Assembly (NCBI RefSeq): GCF_963921235.1
Contig: NC_086097.1
Coordinates: 115,074,001 to 115,138,000, forward strand
Direction of reading: 5' to 3'
Length of the DNA stretch: 64,000 bases
Origin: Mobula hypostoma
Taxonomy: Eukaryota
Shown in pieces: positions 12,615-26,470 of the stretch. The notes beneath the pieces are model-generated. The model worked only from the letters and a program-made list of their open reading frames with translations, ran no database searches and was not told the origin of the DNA. The translations under genes were made by a program, and so were the position numbers. Position 1 is the stretch's first letter, and each line of letters opens with the position of its first letter.

Positions 12615-13690
12615 CCCCCTTTGTGTTACTACACTGCAAAGTCTCTTCGTGGGATGCCTAACCTGAAGAAGTTTAAATCTTCCCTTTGATGGGAGTTGAT
12701 TGAAACCCTCTCTCACTGCTCTCCCTCTGTGACCTCTGCAGCCCTCCGAGCTCTTCGACCACGTGCCCACCCTGTCCTGCTATCACAGCCATGTATCCTT
12801 TCTCAGACATGCCTTTGCTGCCAGCTTGTACTACACGGTTTCCAGATTCATTTTCAAGCTTCTCGATTTGGACCCTCTGAGGACCCCAGGTACTCACATT
12901 TAATCCACTGCTTCTCCCATTGTGTTCTACGCACCATGCTTTCCATCGTGAGGGGGTACCTGGTGTTCCTATCCCAGTAACTTCCACAACTTTGGAATTG
13001 TCTCTCTGCCACCCGTAGTGGACCTGTACGCTACTTTATCCTCCACTGGATCCATGCTTTCAATCGCTGGTTTTTTGACTTTCTCATGTCCTGCAAGGAT
13101 CAGAAGATCGCCCGTCTGCAGACCACAGAACCTGCTGACTCCAACGCCGGAAAGCCTGGATATCTCCAGACCATGATCCCTGCTGCCAACCTCTACGGCT
13201 CTAAAGATCAGAGCCGATTCTAAACCCAGATTCCACCAACAAAGGTGGGTTCCAATAACATTAGGCACCCCCAAAGTGTCAATTACGCAAACTCTGCCTC
13301 CAGCCTTGACCTCCAGGCTATGTCTTTACACGCTGCCGTTAGAAACCCAGTCTCCACTTCCCCAACTACCACTCCGCAATCCCGTCTCTCTCAGGTCCCA
13401 CAGCCAGCATTGGGACCTCAGAGACTCCATCTTCCTCTCACCCCACCATCCCTGAACACCCTAAACCTCCCTTCCCCTCAGACACTACCAACCCCCTTCA
13501 CCCCTCTGATCCCGGCTCTCATCCGTACCGGGTTTTCACCATTCCTTCCGACCTACCCCTCTCTGAGGCAGAACTTTTTGTCCTCAGTAAGGGCCTCATC
13601 TCTGTCCCCTTGCACCCACACCTCAGTGAGCTCCAGCACTTTGTGTGTGTTGCTTGGATTTCCAGCTTCTGCAGATTTTCTCTTGCTTGT
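12615..13690 (+). mobile_element. Penelope-like element 5'/N-terminal fragment within a CR1 copy
   Basis: Homologous to 41751-42250 (..ctctgaggcagaac..ctcagtaagggcctca..cacctcagtgag) and joined to a pLTR tail. CR1 sequence lies on both sides. Confidence 0.7.
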
Positions 13691-15020
13691 GATCCTAAAG
13701 GTTAACTTGCAGGTGGAATCAGTGGTGAGGAAGGCAAATGCAATGTTAGCATTCATTTCAAGAGGTCTAGAATACAAGAGCAGGAATGTGATGCTGAGGC
13801 TTTATAAGGCACTGGTGAGGCCTCACCTTGAGTATTGTGAAGAGTTTTGGGATCCTCATCTAAGAAAAGTTGTGCTGGCATTGGAGAGGGTCCAGAGGCG
13901 ATTCACAAGGATGAGTCTGGGAATGAAAGGGTTATCATACGAGGAATGTTTGATGGCTCTCTGTTTGTACTCGCTGGAATTTAGAAGGGTGAGGAGGAAT
14001 CTCACTGAAATCTTTCAAATATTGAAAAGCCTAGACAGAGTAGATGTGGAAAGGATGTTTCCCATGGTCAGGGAGTCTAGGACAAGAGGGCACAGACTCG
14101 GGATAGAGGGGCATCCATTTTAAACAAAGACTCAGAGAAATTTCTTTATCCAGAAGGTGGTGAATTTGTGGAATTTATTACCACAGGCAGCTGTGGAAGC
14201 CAGGTCCTTGGGTATTTAAGGCAGAGATTGCTTTGTTCTTGATTGAACACGGCATCAAACGTTATAGGGAGAAGGCTGGGGAGTGGGGTTGAAATGAGGA
14301 GAAAAGTATCAGCCATGATTGAATGGCGGAGCAGACTCGATGGGCCAATTGGCCTAATTCTGCTCCTATGTCTTATTGCCTTATAGCCTTAGTAAGGTGT
14401 TTGACAAGGCCTTTCCTGGGAGGCTCATTCAGACGATTAAGATGTATGGCATCCATGGTGAATTGCCTGTTTGGATTCAGAGCTGTCTTACCCATAGAGG
14501 ACAGAGGGTACTGCTTGAAGGGACTTAGTGTAGCTGGAGCTCTGTGCTTAGTGGTGTTCCACAGAGACTTGTACTGGGACCTCTGATGTTCGTGATGTAT
14601 ATAAATGACCTGGATAAAAATGTAGATGGGTAGGTTAGTAAGCTTGCAGATGATACAAAGGTTCGTGATGTTGTGGATAATGTAGAAGACTGACAAAGAT
14701 TACAGTGGGGTATGGATCAGTTACAGATATGGGCAGTGAAATGGCAGATGGAATTTAACCTGGCCAAAGGTGAAAGAGGGTAAATTCAGAGGAGATGTAA
14801 GGGACAGGTTTTTTACACAGATATTGGCAGATGCCTGGAATGAGCTGCCTGAGGTGGTGGTGGGGGCAGATACATTAGGGACTTTTAAGAGACATTTTGA
14901 TAGGCACATGGATGAGAGGGAAGTGGAGGAATATGGACATTGTGAAAGGGATTCGTTCAGTTTAATTGGCTTGGTACACATTGTGAACCAAAGGGCCTAA
15001 ACCTGTGCTATACTGTTCCA
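13690..15020 (+). mobile_element. CR1/HER1-like LINE 3' fragments (two copies)
   Basis: LYKALVRPHLEYC..LERVQRRFTRM..SRTRGH followed by a 3'UTR ending tcttat repeats at about 14375. A second RT fragment (INDLD..KLADDTK) follows. Confidence 0.8.
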
Positions 15021-17234
15021 TGTCACTGGAACTGTGTCCCTCAATTGCTATACTTGTAGGCCCTTGCTATAAAGGGCCTACACCTGTGCTATACTCAGAC
15101 TGTGGGCTGAAAAGTTTTGAATACATTTGCACCAAACCTCCCTCTTCATATGTTCTATAGTTTGGCGAATAAAGAAAAGCTTTTCTTCCAAGTTTAAGAC
15201 CTGGCCTATTATCTTTAAGGATGCACACAACAAAGATCCATTTGATCTTTTATTCCACTCAGTTTTATTCCTTATACCCTTAAGGCTGTCATAGCCAGAG
15301 GTGGTAGTGGGGATAAGCTCCCACTACCTATAAAGTGATCCAAATGGTGTGTGACTCCAGTAGCCTCTAACAACCAAGTCCAACTCTTGACCTTCACGTG
15401 TGGCTTAGCTACTAGGCCTGGCGGAACTGTTTCTACTGACGAGAAGGGGCAAAGGTGGACCACTGGCGCCTCAAAACCGGTTGCTTTGGGCAGGTGGGGC
15501 TCATCAGCCTTGGACGGCAGCCCACATAGGAGAAGGAAAACTCTGATTTTAAACCTCTGCTTCCTTGCGGCCATACCCACCCATGGGAAAGGCTTCAGGA
15601 GTAAACCCTGAGGAAAAAATCCGGAGCCGGGGTCCCTAAGGCAGTTTGATGCTGTTTTCAACTTCACTCTGGCAACCTCTGCAACGACACTTGTGTGAAG
15701 CCTAATCGGCGCTTGTCCTTCCCTTGGACTACATCAGTGATGTGGACAGGGGGAGCCAGCTGCATGGGCAACAGCTGGTTCTTCGAATCTTCCCACCCAG
15801 ACGTGCCCTGGAGAGGACACAGTCCACCAGAGGTGCAAACCCATGATCCCCTGGGATTGACAGCTTTCGCCAAAAATACTCTTTAATGCTTTGTCTTGTT
15901 GCATCTCCCAAAATGCATTATCTTACACTTACTGCATTAAATTTCATTAGTTTACTTTTTCCCTAACTGACCAAAGGAGCCTTAGATCCCACACCAACAG
16001 GTTCAGAAACAATTATTACTCTTCAACCATCAGGTTCCTGAACCAGCATGGATAGTGTCACTCACTTCAAATCTGAACTGATTCCACAACCTATAGACTC
16101 ACTTTCAAGGACTCTCTCCTCCTGCTCATTTCTGTTGAGGTAAAAGATGACCTGTCAATATTTCAAAGAACAGCATGACAACTGTTTCTGATGCCCCAGT
16201 CAATATTTGTCTCCTAATCCAGATCAAGAAAACAGAGTGTTTTTTCATTATTATTTCGTTGGCAGTGCAATACTACAATGTACTGTCAGCTGAAATTCCT
16301 ACAATGGCGTCAATAGTATCTTATTGGTTGTGTAGCCTTTCTTTATATTTTCACAAGGACATTGAATCAGAAAGGAACATTTCAGGGAGAGGCTCGAAGA
16401 GTAGGTTTCTGAGGAGTCTTTGTAGGGAAACAGGAGCTGGAGAGACAGATTTTGGAATGAATTTCCAAATGCTAGTACTGAAGTATGTGTGTTCTTCAGA
16501 GGAACTCTGATGAAGCAATGGAATGACTTTTAATGGGTTATTAATGGTTTATTGCTGTCACACTTAAGAAGATACAGAGAAAAGCCTTTATTAACACAGT
16601 AGTACAGAAGGAGAAAAAATCAGAATGCAGAATATAGTGTTGCAGTTACATATAAAGCCTCGTGCAGGTAGACAAGTAAAGACAAGAACCATGACTGAGA
16701 GTTCACCTTTATCATGTAAGTCGTCAATTGAAGAGACTTATAACAACAGAACCGAAGCTGTCCCTGAGCCTGCTGGTACAAGTTCTGTTGTTTCTGTATC
16801 AAGGCAAGGGAAGGATTGAGTAATGGCAACTTAATTTACTACAGGGATTGGGCATCAATTTTCTGCAAGGCACACTTGTGGCAGCTTTATACGCTTCATT
16901 GCACTGCATCACAGTCTATAAAATAAGGAAAAGGTAGAGAAAGAACAAAAAAATATTTTTTAAAATATTCAACACAGATTATGTTCTGATGCAATAAGAT
17001 TCCACTCTTGTAAATCAAAGCCTTCAGGAAAAGCGAAGTGCTGCAAATTGAGAACTATTCACTTAGCAGCTTGAAAAGAAATATATAGTCATAAACATGA
17101 CAGCTCTAACTTTCTCTATAATTTATTGGTGAATTATTGGTCAGAACCACAAGGTCATGCCAATGTACTGTTTTTAAATGTGAATATTACAATACGCCCT
17201 ACTGAGAATTGGCGTATCACCAACACTGGGAGTG

Positions 17235-17430
17235 TGGGGCAGCTATGCGGTAGTGTAGAGGTTCGTGAAATATTATTGTAGCAACAGCTGTAAGGTTGTT
17301 CAATTCCCGCCACTTTCTGAGAGGGGTTTTTAAATCTTCCCCATGACCGCGTGAGTTTCTCTGGGCACTTCGGCTTCCTCCCATGATCCAAAGGCCTATG
17401 ATTAGGGTTAGTGTTGACGCTGGAAGTTGC
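17235..17430 (+). mobile_element. tRNA-derived V-SINE/HE1-like SINE
   Basis: B-box-like gttcaattcc plus the V-domain core ccccatgaccgcgtgagtttctctgggcacttcggcttcctcccat. Related copies lie at about 45655-45880 (+) and about 58480-58730 (-). Confidence 0.65.
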
Positions 17431-19814
17431 CTTATTTCTGTATACATTATATGGTTATATACATTTTATGTATATAGTTAGATGACAATAAACTTCACTT
17501 GAGTTGACTTGACTTACAGTTGCGGGCTGCCCAGCAAAATTCTTGCTGATTTGATTTGACGCAACTTTGGAATATCTATGATGTCAGAAATTGTTTCATG
17601 TTGAATGTTAGTTTCACAGTGATTTTCATGCAAAATTGTTTAATAATAATAATTTTAAAGGAAATAGTAATTTCAAGGAATGAATTGTTCCGTTCACTTT
17701 ATTGTAATCACCCCCCCCCCCCCCATTAGCTTCACGATATTCTTCTGGAAAACTGGAAATCATGTTCAATTAGATCTCAAGTGTGTGTGTTTTTTTTTGT
17801 TCTGGAAGCGGTTTTACATTAAAACTTGATAACATTACTCTGCATGTCCCTGGGGGTCTTGGCTCAAAATGTCGACTCTTTCTTCCTTTCAATTGCTGTC
17901 TGACGAGTTGAGCCTTTCCAGCAATTTGTTAGAGTTACCTTAACATAATCTATGCTGAGGTAGCATTGCAATGCAAGAGGCACTGTCAGTTGCACTGAAA
18001 CCATTGAATAAACCATCCTCCTCTGCGAATACAAGGCTCCTCCAAAGAGAGTCCACATCACGAACAACCTCACATGGTCCCTTAATATCACCTCTCTGAA
18101 TAAGAAGGCACAGCAGTGCTTCGGCTTCCGAAGAAGATTGAGACAAGTGAGGCTCCCCCACCGTCTTCACTGAATTTTGCAGAAGCACCATTGAGTGCCC
18201 TGACAATTTGTATCTCCATCTGGTATGGGAGCAGCCGAGCATTGGACTGGAAGTCCCTACAAAGGACTGTGAGGACAGCTGAGAGGATCATAGGGGTCTC
18301 CCAACTATCCGTCGGGAGACATTTATCCGGAGTGCTGCATATGCAGGGCCTTTAGAATTATTAAGGCTCCAACCCATCCATTCAGCATCCTCTTTCACTT
18401 TCAACCATAAGGCAGGAGACTATGATGCATAAAAACAAGAAAGGTCACAATGAGAAACATTTTCTTCCCTTAGGCTATTAGGCTTCTGAACTCCCTGCCA
18501 CATTGCATTCAAAGTACTGTATCATTGTCTAATCTGTTCTGTACATTACAATATTTAATTCATGTACTTTACTTTGTTTATATATGAATAATTCATCTGT
18601 AGATTTTATCCTTACTTGCATAAGTTATTGTGTGTTATGTGTGCGTTGTGTTTTACACCCTGATTTGGAGAAAGGTTGTCTTGTTTGACTGTATACATGT
18701 ATATAGTTAAATGACAATAAACTTGGCTTGACTTGACTTGAATACTTTGTCCTGTTTCCTTATGTCTATGCATGTCACTGCCAACGTCCATAAGTATATG
18801 TCTGCAGTCTAACACGTATTCATCATCTATCATTACTTGGTTGGTTCTTCTGGGTATTTTACTCATTGTAGTTTGCAAATTTGCTGTCATGTTTGCTTAC
18901 GTTCCCTTGCTGACTTTCTCAGAAGCACTTCAAGGAAAGAGAGTGCTTTGAAATTTCCCGAGCTTGTGAACAGAACTGTATGAATGTATATTCTCCTTGA
19001 AATAAAATTGCATGAATGATTTCCCAGTAAGTATTAATCTGAGGAAACCTTCATTGCTACATAAATTGTTACACCTAGCAACCAAACCATTCCTCATTCT
19101 GTATTGGTTGAGGTGAAAGCATCAGCAAATTGTTACTGCTGGAGAATGATTAGTCGGCTCTATTGCCAAGGTTTCATTAATATGTACTGTGAAGGTCAAT
19201 GAGGCATTGAAATGTTTTGCAAAAAATAATGAAATGCTGATGTATATATTAAATTAACCGACTGCTTCATGCTTTATTCATTAAGGGATATATAACGAGT
19301 CAATTATATTATAGTCCACTTACTGTGTGAAAGAATTCAATTGGAAACAAATACTGTTTTTAATTCTTTTCATTGGAACATGAATCACAGAACCCTTTTG
19401 GATAATCTTTTTTCCTTGTCCTGTTCTTGTTTGAAGAACAGACAATGTCCTTATGGTATGGGACATTAAAATACTTTCTTCGTTGAAAATACTTCAGTCA
19501 ATGAATCTCCTGATATGATTTTAAAGCATCCATGTTGATAGATGAAGCATTACACCTGCTTGCAGTTGGCAGAGAGCCATTGAATTATGTAAGTCAGTGT
19601 CCTCCATGGGTTGTGCGAACTAGACTCTAATTTTCAGTTCTAGGAAGGAAGGTGGATATTCAATTTATGCTGGATTTTGTGCAGCCGCTCAAAGCTTAGC
19701 ATGACGATGTTTGTGTGTCCCCATGAGAAGCAGGATTGCCCTTCACAGTCTTTCAAAAAAACTTTTGGCTTTCTGTCCATGGGGACTAGAATTGAATTGA
19801 AAATACACATGGAC

Positions 19815-20465
19815 TAAGATGTTAACTGTCCTGTGCTATCACCAGTGGGATCATCAGTTGATCTGCCACCTGTCTTCAGGAGTTTCAGCCCGCTTATGAT
19901 CAAGACTCCCTCGAGGTGGTGGGCCAGCAGTGCTAAAGCACCATCTCCCACTGGTGAGCTTAAAAACTTGGCATCTGCCTCTATCAGAGTTGTTGGTCGC
20001 TTCCATCCAACAGGTAGTCTACTCTTCAGGTGTCTATGCAACTACTGAAGGGTTTGCAAGATATGTATACACTGTCTGACTATCTGCCCCTCTGGACATA
20101 CTTGGTCCACACCCATGCTGATCCTTTCTCTGCTGCCTCAGCTACAGCCCTGCTGGTTGACTTGATCTCTCTTCTAGTGAAACCAAGGTCGCGCAGCCAC
20201 TTCTGGAAAGTGAACGCAATAAACCCACGACAGCCTAATTCGAATGGATAGCATGAGACCTCCCACCCTCTGTCTCTGCACTCTGATCTTAATTCTGCAT
20301 ACTTGGTTAACTTGCGCTCATGGGCTTCATCAATGTTGTCTTCCCAGGGGACTGTGAGTTCACCAATAACCACTTCTCTACTGGTGTCAGACCATACGAT
20401 TATATATGGACGCAATGTGGTGAAAGCTATTTGCTCCGGGAAACTGCCTTTCCCATCCAGGTAAG
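19815..20465 (-). mobile_element. 5'-truncated RLE-type non-LTR retrotransposon (HERO/R2-group), restriction-like endonuclease domain plus 3'UTR
   Basis: ORF 20080-20484 reads TTLRP(Y)IIVWS..GELTVPWEDNIDEAHERKLTKY..PFELGCRGF. This matches the RPD..ELTVPWE..K..KY signature of HERO-like endonucleases. Confidence 0.8.
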
Positions 20466-20849
20466 GCCTTGACACATTAATCATTGCTTGGCATAGCTAC
20501 AGTATCTTCATATGCATCTTCAAACAGGTTAAAAAAACTTCATCACTCAACAACCAAGAATGGTATCACTTGTTTCCCTACCCCATGATGTCACCACTTT
20601 GTCCAGCTTCCACATCTGTGATTGACAGGCGTGGGAAAAATGTAAAAGCTACAGATGCTGGAAAGCTGAAATAAAAACAGAATGTCCTGAAAACCTCAGC
20701 AGGTCAGGCAGCATCTGTGGAAAGAGAAACAGTGTTAACATTTAACATTCACGATTCCGTTGTCAGAACTGGGAAGGAAAGAAAATAAGTTGCATAGGAG
20801 ATCAGCTGTAATTGAGGACATCTTGTCAAAGGTTTAATGGGGTCATTTA

Positions 20850-20885
20850 GAGAGAGAGAGAGAGAGAGAGAGGGACAGAGAGAGT
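20850..20885. repeat. (GA)n microsatellite
   Basis: Read directly from the sequence. Confidence 0.9.
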
Positions 20886-21769
20886 GGTTATTTGGTCATT
20901 GTAAAGTGTGTATGTGGAGAGTAAGAACATAGAAAAAGGAACATAAATGTTGTGATATACAAAGTTGTAGGACATGTCCAACAGGTCAGATTAGACTAAT
21001 GGACAGAGAAAAATGGAACCAAAATCATAAATGAATTATTGGCTTGTTCTGATTTAAATAGACAAAATAACCTCTCTAGAACTTGGGTGGTGGGGTAGAG
21101 ATATGTCTCTACCAAATGAGGTGTAAGGCTCTCCGTCCCTCCACTAGCCTTCAGGTCACCGTTGGGCAAGGTGCAACACCTGCTTAGACCCAAGCCCCTG
21201 CCAGTCAGGGTCATGTGAAGGTATGGGAGCAGGTGGTGGATGGTCGTATCACCAACTGGTGTGTATCACAAGTCCTGGTTACGTGAACATTGATGCCAGG
21301 CAGACAGTCTCTGAACAGTAGTGAAATGGCTGGGGTCACCTATATTGTAAAGGCATTACCCAGAAGCAGGCAATAGCAAACTGCTTCTTTAGAAAAATTT
21401 GCCAAGAACAATCATGGTCATGGACCATGATCACCTATGCCATATGACAGGGCAGATGATGATGGTGATGGACATTGTACATATCTGATATTGAGTGGTT
21501 TTTTTACGATTGAAAGGGCCCATTGTCTCATTTAATTGGAAGACATCTTGATGTTGTGCAATATTTCTCCCTCATGCTTGAGAACGACTGATAGAGTCTT
21601 AGAGCAGTACAGCTCAAGAACAGGCAATTCGGCCCGTCTAATCCATATCAAACTATTATTCTGCTGAGTCCAGCTGACTTGCACCTGGACAATAGCCCTC
21701 CATCCCGCTCCCATCCATGTACTCATCCAGACTTCTCTTAATGGAGAAGATAGGAGGCACAGCCTCTGC

Positions 21770-22335
21770 ATGGACCCGCAAGGGCAGTACAGTATTTAAC
21801 AGCAAATAGGTTCCACTGGTTGGGGGACTGCTTCATTGAGCAGCTGCCAAAAGCGGAACTTCCAAGTGGCCAAACATGGCCTCCTCTTGTGCCAAGAAGA
21901 GGCCGCCCTCAGAGTGGAGGAGCAATACTTTATCCTCCAGCCAGATGACATGAATATCGATTTCACCTTCTGATAAAAAATGTTTGCCTCCCCTTCCCCT
22001 CTTCTTCTATTTCCCACTATGGTCTCTTACCTCTTCTCACCTACCTATCATCTTCTCCTGGGTCTCCTCCTCCTTCCCTTTCTCCTGTTGTCCACTTTCC
22101 TCTCCTATCAGATTCCTTCTTCTCTAGCCCTTTATCTTTTCAGCCCACCTGGCTTGACCGATCACTTTCCAGTTATCCTCCTTCCCCTCCTCCCACCTTT
22201 TTATTCTGGCCTCTTCCCACTTCCTTTTCAGTCCTGAAGAAGGGTCTTGGCTGGAAACATCAACTGTTCATTCATTTCCATAGATGCAGCCTGACCTACT
22301 GAGTCCCTCCAGCATTTTGAATGGGTTGTTTTAGG
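21770..22335 (+). mobile_element. Penelope-like element 3' fragment/pLTR
   Basis: EEQ..QPDDMNIDF remnant, pyrimidine-rich tail, and hammerhead-like cagtcctgaagaagggtcttggctggaaacatc at about 22229-22262. Confidence 0.75.
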
Positions 22336-22676
22336 TTCCAGTGAGGTTTGAACTTGGTGAGCACTCTGGATTTTGAATCTAGCCATCTGAGTTCATGCCA
22401 TGGCCCCAATTGTCTCTTTCAATCTCCCTGTAATATCATTCCCTCACCACATTGAAGTCCTCTCAGTGTATTACATATTTGTTGGTACTGGACAGTGATT
22501 CTTTTCTTCATGAACTGTCTTCATCTGTGAAAATCTTGACAAAGGGTGCTCCATGCATTGTGGACTCTGCACTTACAGTACATTCCTTTGCTGATTGGTC
22601 AGGTGTAGGTCTGCAACTGAAGACCCAACTTTTTATATCAAACTCACAGAACTGAGAGCATGCTATGCCCATAGTA

Positions 22677-23472
22677 CAGGGGTCCCCAACCTTTTTTGCA
22701 CCGCAGACCGGTTTAATATTGACAATATTCTTGCGGACCGGCCAACCGGTTGGGGGGGAGTTGTTCAAGTAGGGTTAAACTCACCTCAACATGTCTTTTA
22801 TAGTTAGGGTTGCCAACTTTCTCACTCCCAAATAAGGGACAAAAATAGCAGTCAAATATGGGACAGTGTTTACCCCGAGAAAGACTACCATGACCATGAA
22901 GCCATGTGCAGGCACCTGTGTGCACTTGTGTGACATGCGCATATGTGACGTGCGCATCCGTGTACGTGCCGATTTTTTTTCCACTAATCGGTTTTGACTT
23001 AATCTTCCTGACTACACTGTACATACATTATTTCTACTTTATATAGGCTGTGTATTTATCATATCATTCCTGCTTTTACTATATGTTAGTGTTATTTTAG
23101 GTTTTATGTGTTATTTGGAATGATTTGGTAGGTTATTTTTTGGGTCTGGGAATGCTCAAAAATTTTTCCCATATAATTTAGTGGTAATTGCTGCTTCGCT
23201 TCACGCCAAATCAGCACGAAAGGTTTCATAGGAATGCTCTACCTTAGCGGGGGAAATACGGGACAATAGTGGTCCCGTATGGGACAAACCAATTTAGCCC
23301 AATATACAGGATGTCCCGGCAAATACCGGACAGTTGGCAACCCTATGTTCAAGTTCAACAGTGCATGACAGGGAATGAGGAAAGGTGCAGCTGATAGGAG
23401 TTTCTTTGTGGCCTGGTAGCACATGCTTTGTGGCCCGGTACTGGTCCGCGGCCTGGTGGTTGGGGACTGCTG
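22677..23472. mobile_element. hAT-type MITE
   Basis: TIRs caggggtccccaacc and ggttggggactgctg, with an 8-bp TSD CCATAGTA at 22669-22676 and 23473-23480. Confidence 0.9.
22770..23345. mobile_element. Second hAT-type MITE nested in the first
   Basis: Ends tagggtt...agttggcaacccta, with an 8-bp TSD TGTTCAAG at 22762-22769 and 23346-23353. The full TIR copy tagggttgccaact starts at 22805. Confidence 0.8.
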
Positions 23473-23489
23473 CCATAGTATATATGAGT

Positions 23490-24055
23490 CATAAGACCAT
23501 AAGGCATAGGAGCAGAACTGGGCTATTCGGCCCATCAAGTCTCGTCCAACTTTTAACCATAGTTTATTAAGCTTCCCACTCAACCCCATTCTCCCACCTT
23601 CTCACTATCACCTTTGAAATACTTACTCATCAAGAACTGGACAACCTCCACTTTAAATATAACCAATGACTTGGCCTCCACAGCCATTTGAGCCAATAAA
23701 TTCCACAAATTCCCCGTCATCTGGCTAAAAGAAAAATATCCCTCATCTCTGTTGCAAATGAATGTCCTTCTATTCTGAAGTTCTGCCCTCTGGTCCTAGA
23801 CCGTCCCACCCATTGAAAGCATCCTCTCTACGTCCACTCTCTCTCTCTCTCAGTCTTGCAACATTTAGTAGGTTGCAATGAAATACCTCCTGCCTATTCT
23901 TCTAAACTCTAGCAGGTAGCGACCTAGAGCCATCAAACACTCCTCATATGTTAAACCTTTCATTCCTGAGATCATTCTTGTGAGCCTACTCTGGACCCTC
24001 TCCAATGTCAGCACAACCTTCCTTAGATATGGGGTCCAAAACTGCTCACAATATG
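23490..24055 (-). mobile_element. CR1/HER1-like LINE 3' fragment
   Basis: Reverse complement of the CR1 3' end (ataagaccataag tail, ctctggtcctagac, ccaaaactgctcacaata). Confidence 0.7.
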
Positions 24056-25920
24056 TTAATCAACCCCTTCATAGAGCTGTTGTCATATCAATCATTTGCT
24101 TATTCATACATGGGTATGCATGTATTGTTGGAGATATAAGACATGAACTAGTCCTGGCAAGCTAAGACTGTTACATCACAGCATTACAAATACACTCAGT
24201 AGCCACTTTATTAGATACAGGAGTGGAACTCAGGGTGGCCTTCTGCTGCTGCAGAAGATAACAAACCCAGTTCAGTCCCAACTGTCTTGATAAAGGTTCT
24301 TGGTCCAAAATGTCATATCTTTATTACTCTCCATAGATGCTGCCCGACCTGCTGAGTTTCTCTGACATTTTGTATTTGTTACTCTGGATTTCCAGCATCT
24401 CTTGTGTCAAGAAATGTAATGACTTGTTTTTCTTTTCAAGGAAGAAGTGAAACCGTTTTGGTTGGCAGAGTGATAGAGTGGATCTGGAAAGGATGTTTCC
24501 GATATTGGGTAAGTCTAAGACTAGAGGACCCAGCCTCAGAATAAAGGGTTACCGTTTCAGAATGGAGCTGAGGAGGAATTTCTTTATTCGGAGGGTGGTG
24601 AATCTGTGGAATTTGTTGCCACAGGCAGTTGGAGATGCCAAGCCTTTATGTATATTTAAGGCAGAGGCTGGTTGGTCAGGGCATGAAGGGATATGGGGAG
24701 AAGGGAGGGGACTGGGCTGAGAGAAAATTGGATTAGCCGTGATGAAATGGCAGAACAAACTTGATGGACCAAATGGCCTAATTCTGTTCCTATATCTTAC
24801 AGTCTTATGGTTTTATGGCAAAGTAAAATCTTGACTGAGAAAGACTTTTGGAAACAAGCCTGACTAATTCAGTGCAAACGTAAAATCCTCCATATATATC
24901 TATCATTTAGAAATAGTTTTCGGATTGGGGGTGACTGATACGTGTGGATTAGAAATGAACCTCAGGCTTTCAAAATTATGTAAGTGTGAGCAGTGAACAA
25001 GCTTATTGGACCTCTGTCCTTGTTCTGGAATTCCAATCAATGCCAAGAACCTCTAAGAGTCTCCAGACCAGTTGTCATAAATCAAAGTCCTTGTCGAGCA
25101 GAAAGGGCATGAGACTTGCTACTGATCAATTATTCTGTAGTCTGAGACTTGTTTTGTTCATCCTTTGCATCACTTAGTAAAAGGGCATAGGGTTTGTTCT
25201 TTTATCAATTACTTCAACATTGCTTTAGACTTAGTATTTCTTTGTCCTTATCACTTAATTTATTGCTGATATTTGGATGACGATATAAGCACTGGACCAG
25301 ATTGAAAAGGTCAGGGTGTCAGGCAAGGAACGAGCCGGTTTAGCTCACTGCTCCGTGACGTTTACTCGACTCTGCGCCGAATTGTGGCTGTGGCTTCATT
25401 TCAGTGGACAGATTCTCGTTTGTGGATTTTGGTTCTAAATGCCATCTGCTTGATTTTATTGTTTACAACATTTGCTTTTTTCTCTCTCTGCACATTGGGT
25501 GAATGACAGTCTTCTTTTTTTAATGGGTTCTTTTGGTTTCTTTGTTTTGTGGCTGCCTGTAAGGAGATGAATCTCAAGGTTGTAAAATGTATACATATTT
25601 TGATAATAAATGTACTTTGAACTTTTAACTTTATTATACTCTAATAAAATACTTTGCAGCATCTATGGAGTGTTCCTTCTCCTTCATCGACCTGAATGCT
25701 CAAAAGCTGCTTATCATTCCCTTACAATTGGCTAGATAATAGGCAATAGCAACAGAACTGACAAGTTAATGGTGGTTGGATCAGAACTGTGGGCTTGCTG
25801 AGAGGAAGTAATGGCTGTATTATCCATATATGTGTACTGATTCCCTGAGGATGTACTTTAGTACTCCCACACATTTGCTGGGGGACAAATTGCTGAAGTG
25901 TCATATTGCCCAATCATATT

Positions 25921-26470
25921 TTCAGTGGCTACTTTATTAGGTACAGGAGGAGCCTAATAATGTATTTCTGTGTGTTTGTGGTCTTCTGCTGCTGTAGCCC
26001 ATCCATTTCAAGATTCAACGAGTTGTGTGTTCAGAGATGCTCTTCTGCACGCCGCCATTGTAACGCGTGGTTATTTGAGTTATAGTCGCCTTCCTGTCAG
26101 CTTGAACCAGTCTGGACATTCTTCTCTGATCTTTCTCATTAATAAGACATTTTCACCCACAGAACTGCTGTTCACTGTATGTTATTTTTTTGCCCCATTT
26201 TCTGTAAACTCTAGAGTCTGTTGTGCATGAAAGTCCCAGGAGATCAATAGTTTCTGAGATACTCAAATCACCCCTTCTGCACCAACAATCATTCCACAGT
26301 CAAAGTTACATTTCTTCCCCACTCTGGTGTTTACTCTGAATAAAAAATGAACGTCCTGACCACTTCTGCATGCTTTCATGCATGGAGTTGCTGCCACATG
26401 ATTGGCTGATTAGATATTTGCATTAATGAACAGGTATAAAGTCATATCTAATAAAGTGGCCACTGAATGT
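25921..26470. mobile_element. Tc1/mariner-like MITE
   Basis: TIRs tcagtggctactttattagg and ctaataaagtggccactgaa. Same family as 41047-41593. Confidence 0.7.

Noticed and set aside
13245..14123. 292-aa ORF as a novel gene
   Set aside because: It is a chance read-through of an off-frame PLE fragment into CR1 ORF2 sequence.
15272..15890. Several overlapping ORFs in a GC-richer block
   Set aside because: No recognisable protein. It looks like a LINE (RTE-like) UTR-derived repeat, but I could not classify it confidently.
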